From NCBI GenBank assembly GCA_016748015.1, contig JAAOMT010000760.1, positions 124,001 to 188,000 on the forward strand: 64,000 bases of DNA, read 5' to 3'. Position numbers and translations under genes: made by a program. A model generated the notes under the pieces. The model was not told where the DNA came from. It saw only the letters and a list, made by a program, of their open reading frames with translations, and searched no databases. Position 1 is the first letter of the stretch; each line of letters starts with the position of its first letter. Origin of the DNA: Geosiphon pyriformis uo1. Taxonomy: Eukaryota; Fungi; Glomeromycota. Below, piece by piece: positions 13,680 to 26,965 of this stretch.

Positions 13680-15231
13680 ATGCAAAATGTTTTCAAAATA
13701 TTTACCTCTCGAAAAAATGCCACTTCTTTAAAAAGTCCAATCCCAAATTGCAATGGCTGTGAAGGAAAAAATTGCCTCAACTGTGAACGAGAAAGAGTTA
13801 AAAGATATATAAAAATAGATAAACACTTTGAAACATGGACTTGCGGGGACGCCAAAATTGATCATTATCTTAGATTTCAGCTAAAATCCAGTGCGATCTC
13901 AAAAATGCATTGGATCGAATGGATTGATTGGAATGAGTTTGAAGATGTGGAAAAGTTGAAAGAAGGAGGTGAAGGGATAGTGTATAAAGGTGTTTGGAGG
14001 AAAGGACGGATAGGTTTGGGACCGATGAAGGTTATAATGAAAGGTCCTAAAGACCCTCCGTTTGATACTGAAAAATTTTTGAGAGAGGTGAGATGATTGA
14101 GAAAACTTTATTCAAGAATTTCAATATATTGTGTTCTTCAGATTCAAGTTTCAATTTAATCTAATCTATCACACTTCACTTTCACAACTTAATTAGGTAG
14201 ATCTCATGTTAAGGTTTCATTTTACAAATGTCACAGCAATCCAGGGAATTACTAAAAGACCTTCGGCTCCCGACGATCCTCATTCACCAGATTTCAATCA
14301 ATATCTAATGGTATGTGACTATGCCGAAGCGGAAGATCTCAAAAGTTATCTTGAAAAATATTCATCACAAATAAATTGGTACAAGAGATTAGTTATTGTT
14401 TACAATATCGCTTGCGCTTTAAGCTCTTTTCATAAAGTTGGATACATACATGGGGATTTGCATTATGGCAATATTTTAAGTCAGCGAGAACATGAAGGTT
14501 CTTTCTTCATTAATGATTTCGGCCTAACTAGATTAGCTGATACTGTTACGAACGGTGAAAATGAATCTGAGACTCAAAATTTACCCAAGTATTTCCTAGA
14601 AAGTGAAAACCAAGTCAAAGAGGTTGGAGAACAAATTGGATTAAAATATAATGTGAAACAATTATCTGTCAGTCAATCTTATTCGGGACCAACTGGGATT
14701 TTACCGTTTATATCGCCAGAAGTCTTAAAACAACAAAACCCAACTCTCAAGTCTGACATCTTTTGTTTTGGAATGTTAATGTGGCAAATTGCAACCGGAA
14801 AAGTCCCATTTCAGGGAGAAGATCGACAATATCAAATGATAAAATTAGTAGATGGTGGACGACCTGATTATTTGCCACCTGGAACTCCGAAATGTTATGA
14901 GATGATGATGAAACGGTGTTGGGATGATAATCCAAATCAGAGACCGACAGCCCTTGAACTTGAAGAGACATTTTTTGATTGGCGAATTAAAAAGTTATAT
15001 TTAGAATGGGACAAAGAATGCATGAAAATAGAAGAAAAGATGAAGGCGGACCCTCTGCTGTGTGAAGCCTCAAAGGATGAACCGCTTCTAAGCCATGAAA
15101 CCGTACTTATAGATAACTTGGTAAGGGATCGAAATTTAGATCGGACCATTACGTTTGAGTTTGGAACCGATTTTGACGATGCTTATGGTAATATAGTTAG
15201 TTCGATGAAAATAACGGCGCATGATGATTAG
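13680..15231 (+). CDS. Tyrosine-kinase-like (TKL) protein kinase, ~480 aa, 2 exons (13680-14087, 14197-15231)
   Basis: N-terminal CxxC..CxxC, EWIDWNEF, Gly loop EGGEGIVYKG, VIMK, HGDLHYGNIL, DFG, GILPFISPE, SDIFCFG, CWDDNPNQRPTA. Phase-0 GTGAG..TTAG intron 14088-14196 gives FLRE|VDLML. Confidence 0.93.
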
Positions 15232-17415
15232 AATTTTAATGGAAAGATTTAGATGTATATAAAGGCATATATTTACAAAAAAATTCAAAATTTTAGAATT
15301 AAAATATATTTATTTAAATATCTATGGGGCTTGGTGTAAACACAAAGTTTTTCCCTTATTTTCCTTTGGTATTTATGCAACAGATTTTTTTTGCTCACAC
15401 GATCGTTAAAATCGTACGATTTCGTTAAAGTGAAAAGAAAATTTATAAACATAAATCCAATAGCTCTCATGGCGAATTTACAATGCTACTCAAAACTTAT
15501 GTCCTAAGCCACGCAATACACCGAACCGCTTTCGTCTTTTGACAGAGACTACGGGCAAACCAAGACTTTACAGACGTAGCATACGACCATCACTCTGTCC
15601 ACAAGCCATCTATGCTCTCCTTCTCTATTATTAATATAATGCCTATGTTAAGTCTTTAATATAGATGTTGCTATTTTTGAACGGCATAAAATGATCATGC
15701 CCAAATTTTTAAATAAAAGATTGTCTTTTTTGCAAAGATATTTTTTGTTGTTTTGATAGAAATATTGTTCCGTATGTCAAATTTTGAAACAATATTATTA
15801 CATATACAATAACAGACTTTGAAAAATAAATGAGTAGAAATGGCAAAACCTCAGAGCGATTAGTGTTGACCTCTTTATTGTAAGTCTCACTCGACCACCC
15901 AAGACCTGTTTGACAGAATCTGCTTTTGTGATGCCTGTATTTTATTTTAATCGATTTTATTTTGTGGAACTGTTTTTAGGTCAATTCACAAGTTGCCATT
16001 CTTTTATAAAGTGCATAAAATTATCTGTATTAAGTATTACTATGGTTAGTTTTAAAATTGCTATGCTAGATTATCTTATGGCTGTTTTTCATTTTTTTAG
16101 CCCATAATTTAGGTCATTTTAATTAAATTAGTGAGTAGATTATTAAATTTTTTTTTAGATAAACAAAATAAATTTATAATTATATATTATCAAAAAAGAA
16201 AATAAGCAGTAATAACTTTTTATTTTGATTATAATAAATACATATTTATAAAATTTAAAATTTTTTAGCAGAGAAATAAAATATAATTTAACTTGATTTT
16301 TATTTTTAAACAGATTTTTAAATTATTAAAAAACTCATTTATGATTTTAAATTGTTATTTTTATATTGTTCATTTTTTAAAATATTTTTTATATTGATTC
16401 ATTTTAGTCTGCTTTTCTTTTTTGAAATTACTTTAATCTGTTTTATTATAATTATAATTATAATTATTATTATTATTAATATAAGTAATTTATTTTTAAT
16501 TAAATTAATTATTAACTTGAAATTAACAAAAAGTATGCTAAAATTCAAATAATATCTTAAAAGTATTAACATAATTTTATTATATTAATTAGAATCTTAA
16601 TAATACAAAATAAATTGTACAAATTCAATTTATATTTCAATTTATTGCTATTAAAATAAATTATTTATTACTTTTGAAAAAATTTATACCACTTAATTTC
16701 ATATTAAAATATATATAAAAAAACTAGTTAATAAAGTGAAATATATATGTTATTAATATTAATAAGTTGACTAATATTAATAAGTTGATTAATATTGAAA
16801 ATTTTTCATTTTGCAAGTAAAGAAAGTAATAAATTAGATCAAAATAAATTCTAAAAGTAAAGAATATTCAAAAATTTATATTATGTTCTTTAAAAATTTT
16901 CAAATATATAATATATAAATTTTTTGTATCGGACTGTATTAAAGAGCATTTCATTTAGGATATAAATTTATCACAATGAAAAATCTTAACCAAGGTCACT
17001 ATCCCACAATTAATATGGTAGGCTCCGGATTTTTCAAAGTAAAAAAAAAGAACTGCTCCTCAGGATGAATTATCAATCCGATGATTACAAAACAGCTAAT
17101 AATAATAATAATATTTTGTCAATTTGCAAGCCTCAAAGATTTCAGCCGAAAAGTTTATTTTGATTATCAATTTCACTAATTTAGGTAAATAGTCTCATAT
17201 TTTATTTTATCAGTTCCGTTTCAATGTTTCATAAATAGTCATGATAAATATATAAATGAAAAGCCTCGCGGGAATGATAATTTTAGAGAAAACTTTCATC
17301 AAATATTCTTTTAACAAGAGGTAAAGATACACGCCCCATTTCATTTCATATCATACAAATCCTTTTTCGAGCGAAAATTTTTTCAAGTTTACATTCGGAG
17401 CTAAAAGAATAAAAA

Positions 17416-18399
17416 ATGAGACATCCTATTATTGCTTCACTTATTCTCTTGGTCGCTTTTATGGCGTTCGCAAGTGCAGGTACAAGATGTGATGAATTTT
17501 TGGTTAATATTTTTGAGTTAGTGTTATTTAGAAAGTTGCAAAAAAATTTGAAGGTTGAGGAGGAAGAGTTTTCGATTTCTTGTTACTTTCTTTTTGGGGA
17601 TCTTAAGAACTTCATTAGAGATTGTTCTTCATTCGCTTAATTTTTTTTTAGAGTTTGAGGAAGTTTAGGTTTATCCAAACATAATGCATAATGCATAATG
17701 CATATGGATAATGAAAAAATATCTCGTATTTTATTTTATTATAGATTTTATAATCAATACACCTTTTAATCAACCACGTGGAAGTAGAGTGGCAATCACG
17801 TGGGAATGGGATGGCGATTCAGACTCCACAGGAACACTACTTTTAGTTAACAAAATAACCGGCGACAGCATTCAACTCTTACAAAACGTCAAGCTCTCTG
17901 AACAATCATATCAATGGATCGTTAATGCTGATGAGGGTACTTATTATTTAGTTTTACAAGGTCCTACTAGAAATATATCCTCTGGTCAATTTGATATTAC
18001 CTCGGGATCAAAGCCACCTTCATCATCCAGCAGTTCTAGAATCATTGTGTCATCTACGACCCCTAGTTTGACTGCTACTAAGCCTGTACCTACTTTGAGT
18101 GCTACTAAGCCTGTAAACACTTCTACTACTCGTTCTGGAACATCCTCATCAACTACTACCATTTCAACTTCTACCACTACTTCTGACAACGGGTAAGGTT
18201 AAAATGGTTAATATCTTGGGAATATTAATTTCCTAAAATGCTAATAATCCTTCTCACTCTTTCCTCTCTCAATAGAACCACTACTTCTAGCGATACGACT
18301 TCAACTCAGGAAAGCAATACTTCAAATTCTATTACCCTTGGTTATAGTCTAATAACTTCTCTCGTTTCACTCGTGATCGCACTCTTCTGTATTGTATAA
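17416..18399 (+). CDS. Secreted Ser/Thr-rich, probably GPI-anchored surface protein (~211 aa, 3 exons: 17416-17479, 17745-18192, 18276-18399)
   Basis: Signal peptide MRHPIIASLILLVAFMAFASA, a beta-rich Kre9/Knh1-like domain (ITWEW..YQWIV..GTYYLVL..SSGQFDI), an S/T stalk and a hydrophobic tail SNSITLGYSLITSLVSLVIALFCIV*. Both introns are GT-AG and phase-compatible. Confidence 0.88.
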
Positions 18400-19066
18400 G
18401 TGGCAAGAAAATTGAAGGAAAGGCCCTTTAAAACTGTTTACAGCCTATCTTGATCACAGAAATCTTCTTCCAACGAAATTTTTAATGGCTCTGTAATTTT
18501 TATAAAGAAGAATTAAAAAATTCTCAGCCTTTTAAATATCATTCGGAATTTTTCTTTCAATTTGTATCAAATAATTTTATTTTTCATATTTGTTTGTGCA
18601 TATTTATTTATTAATTTGAAATAAAGAAAACTTACCCCTGCAATTATCTAATTATATTGAGTAACTGCACTGAATTTATTTTTGATTCTGAAATTTATAT
18701 CATATATCCCATCTTTTATCAACATTATTATATGAATAATATTAAATTTTAATTTGATGTATAATTATTTAAATTTGTGAGTTAAAATTTTTTTTCTATT
18801 AAAGCTTGACTTTGATTTATTAAATACGAATAAAAATAATACCTTATAAACTGCAATTTTAAAACGATAAATTGATAATTAAACCATTTTTAAAGCCAAA
18901 TAGATATATATATAGTACAATTATTTTTATCATTTTATTTGAAATTTTTTTGATTTTTGCAAATGTTTTTTATATTGAATTTAAAAAAAATTATATATTT
19001 ATATTTTATTAAGAAAAGTTTTGATATATATAGCAAAAAATATTTATAAATTTATAATTGCAATAT

Positions 19067-19076
19067 AATAATAATG

Positions 19077-19123
<47 letters not shown>
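19067..19123. repeat. (AAT)n microsatellite
   Basis: About 15 perfect units at 19079-19123 plus an imperfect lead-in. Confidence 0.9.
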
Positions 19124-19553
19124 CTGTTTGTTTGTTTGTTAAAAATTAAAAATTTACAATTTATTACCTTTTTTTTGTTGTTGTTGTATTACAAATAAAA
19201 ATTTTCAATTTTCCAATTTTTTTTTATTAGATGAATCAAAACTTATTTAAAAAATTTTAATCTGTATTAATAAATAAAAAATTTAATACAATTTTAAAGT
19301 TTATAAAAAAGTAAAATTAAAAAAAAATATAAAAAAACTTACAAAGCTTGATTTTAAATTTAAATTTTATTTCTTTTCTCGCATATCATCGTCCTCAACT
19401 ATTAAAACTTTTTGTTGGAAGCGAATTTCTAATTTGAAAAAATTTGGCTGCTAAAGAAAACAATAATATCTATATATTTCCTCTTTACCTGCTCTTGGCT
19501 TCGTTATCCAAGTGGAGAGGGAGCCCTTGTTTGATATAGTGTAAAGTAAAAGC

Positions 19554-20694
19554 CTACTGACAAAAATGAACCCCATTAATCTTTTTTGTCCATTCAAGTA
19601 GCCCCGCGTACTTTTTGTTGATGGGAGGTGGAGTACAGAAAAAGTTTTGTTGAACCTCAACATGGACCGAAGTGAGACAGGGAAATTCGGCCGAATAAAG
19701 TGCTTTAAGCAAATCATCATCAAAATTTAAACAAAATTTAAATGTTAACTTTTGTAATTTTTTGCATTTAGTGAGTAGTTCAAGTGAAGGGGTGTTAACA
19801 AAATTCATTTGATGGAATTCTAAGGAGCAAAGGGTCTTGTATTGTTGACTCAAAGCATAGATAATCTCTGTGTAGTCTTGTGGATAATGAAAGGGATGAA
19901 AATTAAATGACTTTAAATTTTTCTGGGCTGCAATAAATCTTGCAGTATACGCAAGCTGTTCAGGGAGAATTGCAGCTTTAATGGTGGTAGACAAGGATAC
20001 GGTCAATTTTAAATGCTCCTTGATATTAAGAGAAATTCAAGAAATTTTTAATATTGAAAATTGACAGTAAAAATAATTCAGAAAAACTTACAATATTTGT
20101 CCAGACCTCGGCAAATTTTGAAAAGTATTCTCGATGAAAAATATCCACGGAAAATTCTTTGATCTCATTAATTCGAGAGCGTAGCGAAGCAGCGTCCGGG
20201 GTAAGAAGCAATTGAGTATAAACAAACGTATTTTCATAATACAATCTATCAATTGTAGCTGATCGCATTCCAAGTGAATAGGTTGTAAACATATTCAGTA
20301 AAGCCTGAATAATTATTGTATCTTGTTTGCGATCTCGAATTACTTTGGTATCATGCTGCTTTTGACAAAACTTTTTTATCAAATGAGTAATTTTCCCAAA
20401 CTCGAGTGTTTTTAGAAAGGATGCATATTGAAAGGTAGCTGTTTTGAATATTTGTGAAAGGTTGATACCCGTTTCGATTATCTTTTGTTTTTCCACTTCT
20501 GCGAGGCAGCTAAGATAAACTTCTAAAATAATGGAAGCTTTATAGACGGAAAATTGGACATTGAATGGGTTTGACCACAAGGATTGGGCGGCAATACTAG
20601 CCCAATGGTGATTCACAAAAAGAAGTTGATAGAGTTGTTTGTCTTCGGAGTAAGAAAAAATCTCTGCCAGGACATCATATGATAAATTTGGCAT
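19554..20694 (-). CDS. F-box protein with RNI-like/LRR C-terminus (~355 aa, 2 exons: 20694-20092, 20018-19554)
   Basis: F-box-like MPNLSYDVLAEIFSY...LLFVNHHWASIAAQSLWSNPF, TFQYASFLKTL, and LxxLxF repeats (LCSLEF, LQKLTFKFC). A 73-nt GTAAG..CAAG intron (20091-20019) joins the ORFs in frame (WTNI|EHLKL). Confidence 0.88.
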
Positions 20695-20874
20695 CTTATA
20701 GGAAAAAGTTGAGACAAAAAATTTAAAAGTGCTTTCTCGACCTAACTTATGTTTTGAATGAAATGTGGACAACATATTAAATCATGTGATTTCAACCCAT
20801 ATATGGATAATATGAAGTGATCTTCGGATTAAATAGACTAGTAGATGACCCCTTATAATTTATAGCAACATTTA

Positions 20875-20925
<51 letters not shown>
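20875..20925. repeat. (ATT)17 microsatellite
   Basis: Read directly. Confidence 0.9.
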
Positions 20926-21031
20926 TGTAAGATTCTTTATACTTTCACGAGCACATAAACTACGGCAAACTTTTATTGGTAAAACAGCTTCCATTTTGTG
21001 GCTTAGATACGGTGTAGAGAAAAGCTCGCAG

Positions 21032-21176
21032 TAGAGATATTAATTGGTCCGTCTAGTCCAAGGACCGCTGATCCTAGGCAGGACCAAAGATCCAAGGACT
21101 TTGGATCATTCTTGGGTAGGACTGGGTCCCATGCTTGGTCACATGGCTAAAAGAACCATAAGACTGACAATCTTTA
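21032..21176. repeat. GGACC/GGTCC motif cluster, possible decayed hAT-type MITE
   Basis: Locally GC-rich patch with repeated GGTCC/GGACC/GATCC words, starting TAGAGATATTAAT. The far end is only a weak inverted match and no TSD was found. Confidence 0.3.
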
Positions 21177-21888
21177 AAGTTAAAGTTGGCAGATTTTAAT
21201 TGTTACACTGATTATCACGTGCATTAAAATGCTGTAAACCGATTATCGAAAATTGGGATTACCGTCTACCCAAACAGATTGTGATATGTATCAATTACTT
21301 GGAACATAAATCTTTTTTGTTTATATTAAAGATAATGAAGGACAGTGAACAGAATTGTTTCTTCAAGGTGAATAAGGCCCATTTGACTTTGACAGTGAAT
21401 AAAGTCTCATATATAGATTGTAGTTAAATCGATGGTTTTATACTGTATCTGTAAAAGCATAATAAACCTATCCTATCTTAAGTATAAAGAATATTAAGAT
21501 TCGCTTTTTTTTTTTTTGAAAAAGTTTAATGTTGGAATTATTCAAACCAAACTATTTAAATGATTGAAAATTTTTAAAAGTAGCAAGCAAAAATTTCAAT
21601 ATATTAATGTATTTTCAAAAATTTAATTAGATTTAAAAATTCGAATTATTTCCAAATACAATTAGTTGTCAAAAATCTACAAGAGTTTTCTCTTCTTAAC
21701 GACTTTGAGTTGAAATTGTTTTACCAATTATGCCTCCCAAAACTTAAAATTCAAAATTTTATATGTTAAAATATTTTTTTCAGGATTTAAAATGAAATTT
21801 CAAATTTCAAAATATTTTCTATACGAAATTTAACTTTTTGTGTGTGCCAAATTTTAACAATTTTTCACTTGATAAAATATTTTCCCAC

Positions 21889-23197
21889 TTAAATTAAAAG
21901 TTCACCCGGATTCTCAAGACAAATTCCCATATGGAATCCAAAGTAAGGACCAAGCCGATGAATAGCTTGCATATTTCGTTTCAAACTTGCGACCATATTA
22001 CAATTCTCAAATAAAAAAACTTTTATAAACCCGGGATTATTAATCGTAAAACGATATTTAACTCTTTTCTTACCTCAGGTTCATCCATATATTTAGGTTC
22101 GGTTTCTACTCCAGAACATAAAAAAACAGTTTCGTTATCACCAGTACAATCACAATCAAATGGGGAAATCCATAATTCCATTGAGTTATGCATATATCCT
22201 AGGTATCCTTTTTTTCGTGGCATTTGTGATACCGTATCATCATCGTAAGTAACACGGTAGTACGATCGGTACATTTTCCCTTGCGGGCCGTACAACGTGA
22301 ATAGTTGATCAAGACTTTGTCCAAATTCCCAATTACCGATTCTTGGAGATCCGTATGAGAATACTTGAATTTCGAGAGGTCGTATAACCCCAGATGTTAA
22401 GAGCCCTTTTCCATTAAGCCTTTTTAATTGAATTCCCGCTAATGTTGAGAAGACTAAGTAAAATAATGATTGATGATTGATGATTGATGAGATTAAGAGG
22501 ATTTTTCACTTTTCATGTAAAAATAAAATGAATTCATAATATCTTTTTTACAAACCACCACCCAAAAAATGTCCGGTCAATCGAATCTTTTCAATCTTTG
22601 GATTCTGAGCTAAAATTTTTGTCACTCTCTGTATTAATTCTTTGTTGATTGTCAAATATTCTTCCATCAAATGACCATCAACCCAAGCATTCTTAATATT
22701 TGGGAAAGCTTTTCTTTGATTAAAGCCCGAAGAAAGCCAATCTGATCGCACCCTTCGAAAATTTATGATTAACTTTGTGAAATCTAAGTAGAATCCGGCT
22801 AAATAATTTAAATTTAACAAACATAATAAATTTTTAAAAGTTAATATTTTAATTTCCAAATATTTCTTGAATTAGGATTTGATACAATACCATAGATAAT
22901 ATTGCTAGTTGTATTCAGACTGTTTTTGATGCTGTTCAAACAATAGGCTTCACTTGCGTATCTCGCGTATTTTTTGAGTTTATTAACTAATAGTTCATTT
23001 CCTTTTCTTTTATTAATGTCTCTATGCACTAAATGTTTAAATGAATTCTTATCTTTTGGATCATTTGAAAAATGATTTTCGACGCTTTTTAACTTTGTAA
23101 ATTCATTCAACTTATTCTTGTAATCGAAATCATGAATATCGATGGTCTTCAATGGTGATGGAAAATTTAAAGAGTTACTATTTTGGGAAGCTTTATT

Positions 23198-23228
<31 letters not shown>

Positions 23229-23404
23229 TTATAATAATTAATTTCTGATATATTTGAAATAGAACTCTCTTCTGTTTGAAAATGTAATAAAGATAAATGA
23301 AGAGAAATTTTTGATAAATAGGAAATTAAAATTAAAATTAAAAAATACAATATTATTTTATATAAAAAAGATCCAAAAATTTCCTTTACTGTTCGAAAAG
23401 CCAT
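21889..23404 (-). CDS. Class-3 lipase-like protein A, predicted inactive (~417 aa; exons 23404-22891, 22798-22556, 22453-22074, 22005-21889)
   Basis: N-terminal TM segment, poly-Asn, YARYASEAYC, LIINFRR, GHFLGG, FSYGSPRIGN, RVTYDDDTVSQMP, HRLGPYFG. Three phase-compatible GT-AG introns. Confidence 0.88.
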
Positions 23405-23609
23405 TTTTCGAAAAAAAAAATTGCACAAAAAAAAATTGTGATGAGGTAACGTTTGATGATCTGATTATTTGAAACATTCATTTCTTTTACTTTCAAAAAG
23501 GAAAATATCAAGAAGAATTCGGAGTAATGTAACATAATTTTTGACAATTTTTGATGTATTTCGAATAGGGAACTTATTTGAATTGAGATCATCCGCTAGT
23601 CACTTGTTT

Positions 23610-24050
23610 TTATCAGATTCTTGGTCGACCATCACAATGTCCATGAGATATCTGAAATACGGGTCAAATCTTTGTATTAAGTTACATTCTGGTCGTGGTT
23701 TGCTTTCTTGTTGCATTTCTAAAATCTCGAAAATTTCAAACTTGATCAATTTCATAAAAATTCAAATTCAATTAGCAATATTTTTTATCTCATTTTGATA
23801 ATTTCTTTATAACTCTTTTGATCTATCGAGGAATAATCCTCATACAAAGCTGTTTCAACCTTTTTTTCTCAACATTTGGATATGATTTGAGATATTTTCG
23901 GATCTGCCAATGCCAATCGATTCTAATTCTCCTAGAAGTAAATTATGAGAAAATTTGATTCCGCCAGATTTTATTGACCGAGTGAAACAAAGAAATAGAT
24001 TCTCTTTGATTAGCTGAGGTAATTCAGCAAATGTTCTGGCTTGATCTCAT
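23610..24050 (-). pseudogene. Collapsed relic of a fourth lipase-like paralog
   Basis: Frameshifted fragments LIIYF/RRIRIDW...SYPNVE/KVETALYEDY (23949-23830) match exon 2 of gene A. After an AG acceptor at 23719, KCNKK.../IQRFDPYFRYLM matches the last exon. The exon-3 equivalent is missing. Confidence 0.75.
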
Positions 24051-26794
24051 ATAGCATAATTGATAGACATTTAAAAGCAGAAATGTGTTCAATGGGTCAA
24101 ATCTCATATTAACAACGATTGGACATTGATACAAGGACAAGCAGCCAGTTCATTTAAGACCCATTAAAGCCTAAACACTATTGTCTATTAATAATAAAAA
24201 CTTTTGGTGCTGAATTATTAGAAATGATGTACAAGGAAGTCATGCAAAGACTTATCATGCAAGAGACAGAGTAAGATGTTTAAATATTGATAAAGCTTAT
24301 TCAAATTATCAAGATATGCTTTATAGATCTGATACTTTCTTAGCAATTTTTGTTAATCAAAAAAAATTTAGGATCTTTTATAAAAATTGAACCTGATTTG
24401 AGTTGTTCGATTATTTGGGTGTTAATATTTTTAATAAATAGATTTCAAGTTCTTTTGCGTTTTATAAAAAATATTGAGAATCTCTTCCCATTTTTTCAAA
24501 ATTTACAGCAGCATTTATGAACTTAGAACTACTTTTATTTTAGGGATAAAAATTTTAAATGCATCAAGTAGAGAAAAACTATTTTTATCTGATTAAAACA
24601 CAAAATTAACCAACTCTTAATATCAAAGTGATACAAAATTTTAAGACCTAAATATTAAATCAGAAGAATGAACACTTGTTGGAGTAAAAAGACTTTTCAG
24701 ATTGAATTATGATTTTGAATTCCAATAAAGAATTTTTATTCACCAACTTTTTTTTAATTAATGCACTATTATTTTCATATATCTAGATCGAAAATATAAG
24801 TGGAAAATTTGATACCTAAATTCAAGTTTACAATCATAAATGAATATTTCATATTATGTGACTTTAAATTCTCGATTTATTTTATTAATTTTTTGATCTA
24901 CAATTATTTAATCTGATACCAAGTTTTTTTGTTGCAATATAAAAAGTATCTACTTTTTAAAAAATTTGTTACCAAAATTTTTTCTGCTATTTAATTGTTA
25001 TTGAATATCTTTTTTCTTTCATTTAATGTTTGCTGAAAATTTTTCAGTGTTTCATTTCCAATAATGAGAAAGAATTACTTTTGTTTTCTAATATTTGTAT
25101 TTGTAAGATTAACCAATTTCATTATTTAATTTGTTATAATGTTTTAAATTCTTTTATAGACTTGTTTTTAAATAACAACTTTCTTCTGCAAACTTTTTAT
25201 TATTATTGATATATTAGCAAAATTTTTATTCAGTATTATGATGGCTAATTAATTTTTGTTTTTAAATCACTTTTTAAAAAGTTGTAATTAGTTTAAGCTA
25301 TTTATAATAATTTTTAAAAGGTTATATTTTTGTATAAAAGTTTAATTTCAAAAATTTTAAATTAAACAACTTATACTTCTTATATGTGTTTATAAAAAAT
25401 TTTTTTTACATAGTATTTAAGAATGAATTTAATAAATTGTTTTCTTCAAATTTAAAAGATAATAAACTAATTAATTTCTTAAAAATTATTAAATTATTAA
25501 TTATTGTTAAAGTAAATTTGTTTGAAAAAAAAATTTGTTTTTAATACATTTTTAAGTAATATTATTTTTAAGTTTTAGCATTAATATTTTTATAAAAATA
25601 TTATATAATCTAATTATAGTATTCAGTTATATTTGTATTTGGTTATTAATAAAATGAAAATTATGAACAATTTGAATAAAAATAAATTATGCATTTTATT
25701 TTTTTAGAGATATACATAAAATTTTTTATTAAATTTTTTAAAGTTTTAATTACGCAAAAATAATTTAAAAAATAAGATCTTAAAATATCACTAAAACAAA
25801 AATAAAATGTAAAAATATTCAAAATATTTTTAAAACAAGTTGTTTATTTATTTAATAGTTCTAATTTTATATTATTAAAATATTTTGTAAATGCATTTTT
25901 GTTGATTTATATATATGCTAGTATTTTAGTGTAATGTGTTAAATGATTTATTATTAACTGTTTTGTTAAATATGATTTGGGAATAGAAAAAAATGTATTT
26001 TTGTTCATAAATTTACAGTAAATTGTATGTTAACAAATAGTTTGTATTTCAATAAACCAATTTTTATTATAAGAGAATGATTGTGTTTTTATTTATTGTT
26101 TTAAACTGGTTATATGTTTTTTTTTGTATTAATTATTAATTTTAATATGTTTTTTTTAGAATTTATAAACAAAAAATCAAAACAAAACAAATTATTTTAA
26201 AAAAAAGTTTAGCTATGATAGGTAGATAAATTTATTAAATATTTAATAGTTTATTGTTTTCACAACATTAATATAATTTGAAAAAAATAAATTAAAAGAC
26301 TAAATATATGTTGAACAGATTAGTATGTTAGCTTAAGACTTAATTGCATTATTTTAAATCTTTATATACTAAAAGATGTATTACATATTGAGAATTTGGA
26401 ACCTCTTACAGGAAAAAAGCGATCTTACAAATAAGAGCTGCCTTCAAAACCACTGAATAAGGTCAGAATATGTTTTATATTTAGTTTTTACAACCAATTT
26501 TAAACATTTTTGCTATTTTCTAAATGTGTATACAGATCAGAACTATCAGTATTAATAGTAATCTAAGTAATAAAAAATTTCTCTCTATCAATGATGTTGT
26601 GGGACTGCAATCATTAAAATTGGCAAAGGAAGAAGGTCTTTTTGTGGAAAGCCATTTACAGGAGATATTGTATCTTTTCAATTTTTCATTCTGTGTAAAC
26701 TAATTGCTATTATCTTATACTGTAGATCCTTATTTTACAAAGTTTTTGTATGAAGGAAAAACTAGCCTATTTTCTTTTCGATATTAGGTTTTAC

Positions 26795-26965
26795 GGGGAA
26801 GAAGTGGCGTTTTCAAGAAAATAACAATCACAAGCATAAATTTCGACTTGCCGTTGTGAAGTCCGGTTCTATTGAAAATCTATAGGTGATCATTAAATTT
26901 GATTTATGATTAAGGAGTGGAATAATTTGCCAAAAAACTATGTTAATTCATTTAATAAATTCGAT
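26795..26965 (+). mobile_element. Second Tc1/mariner transposase relic, heavily deleted
   Basis: GKKWRFQENNNHKH (cf. WRFQQDNDPKH), SIENL*VIIK (26868-26897; cf. PIENLW) and KEWNNLPKNYVN..HLINS occur in the expected order but compressed. Confidence 0.65.

Noticed and set aside
15470-15645. Possible Helitron end (minus strand TATATTAATAATAGAGAAG plus a GC-richer stretch)
   Set aside because: No 5' TC start and no 3' hairpin-CTRR could be identified.
24900-26340. Extremely AT-rich tract within the lipase cluster as a decayed transposon
   Set aside because: Plausible, but no terminal or coding remnant is legible.
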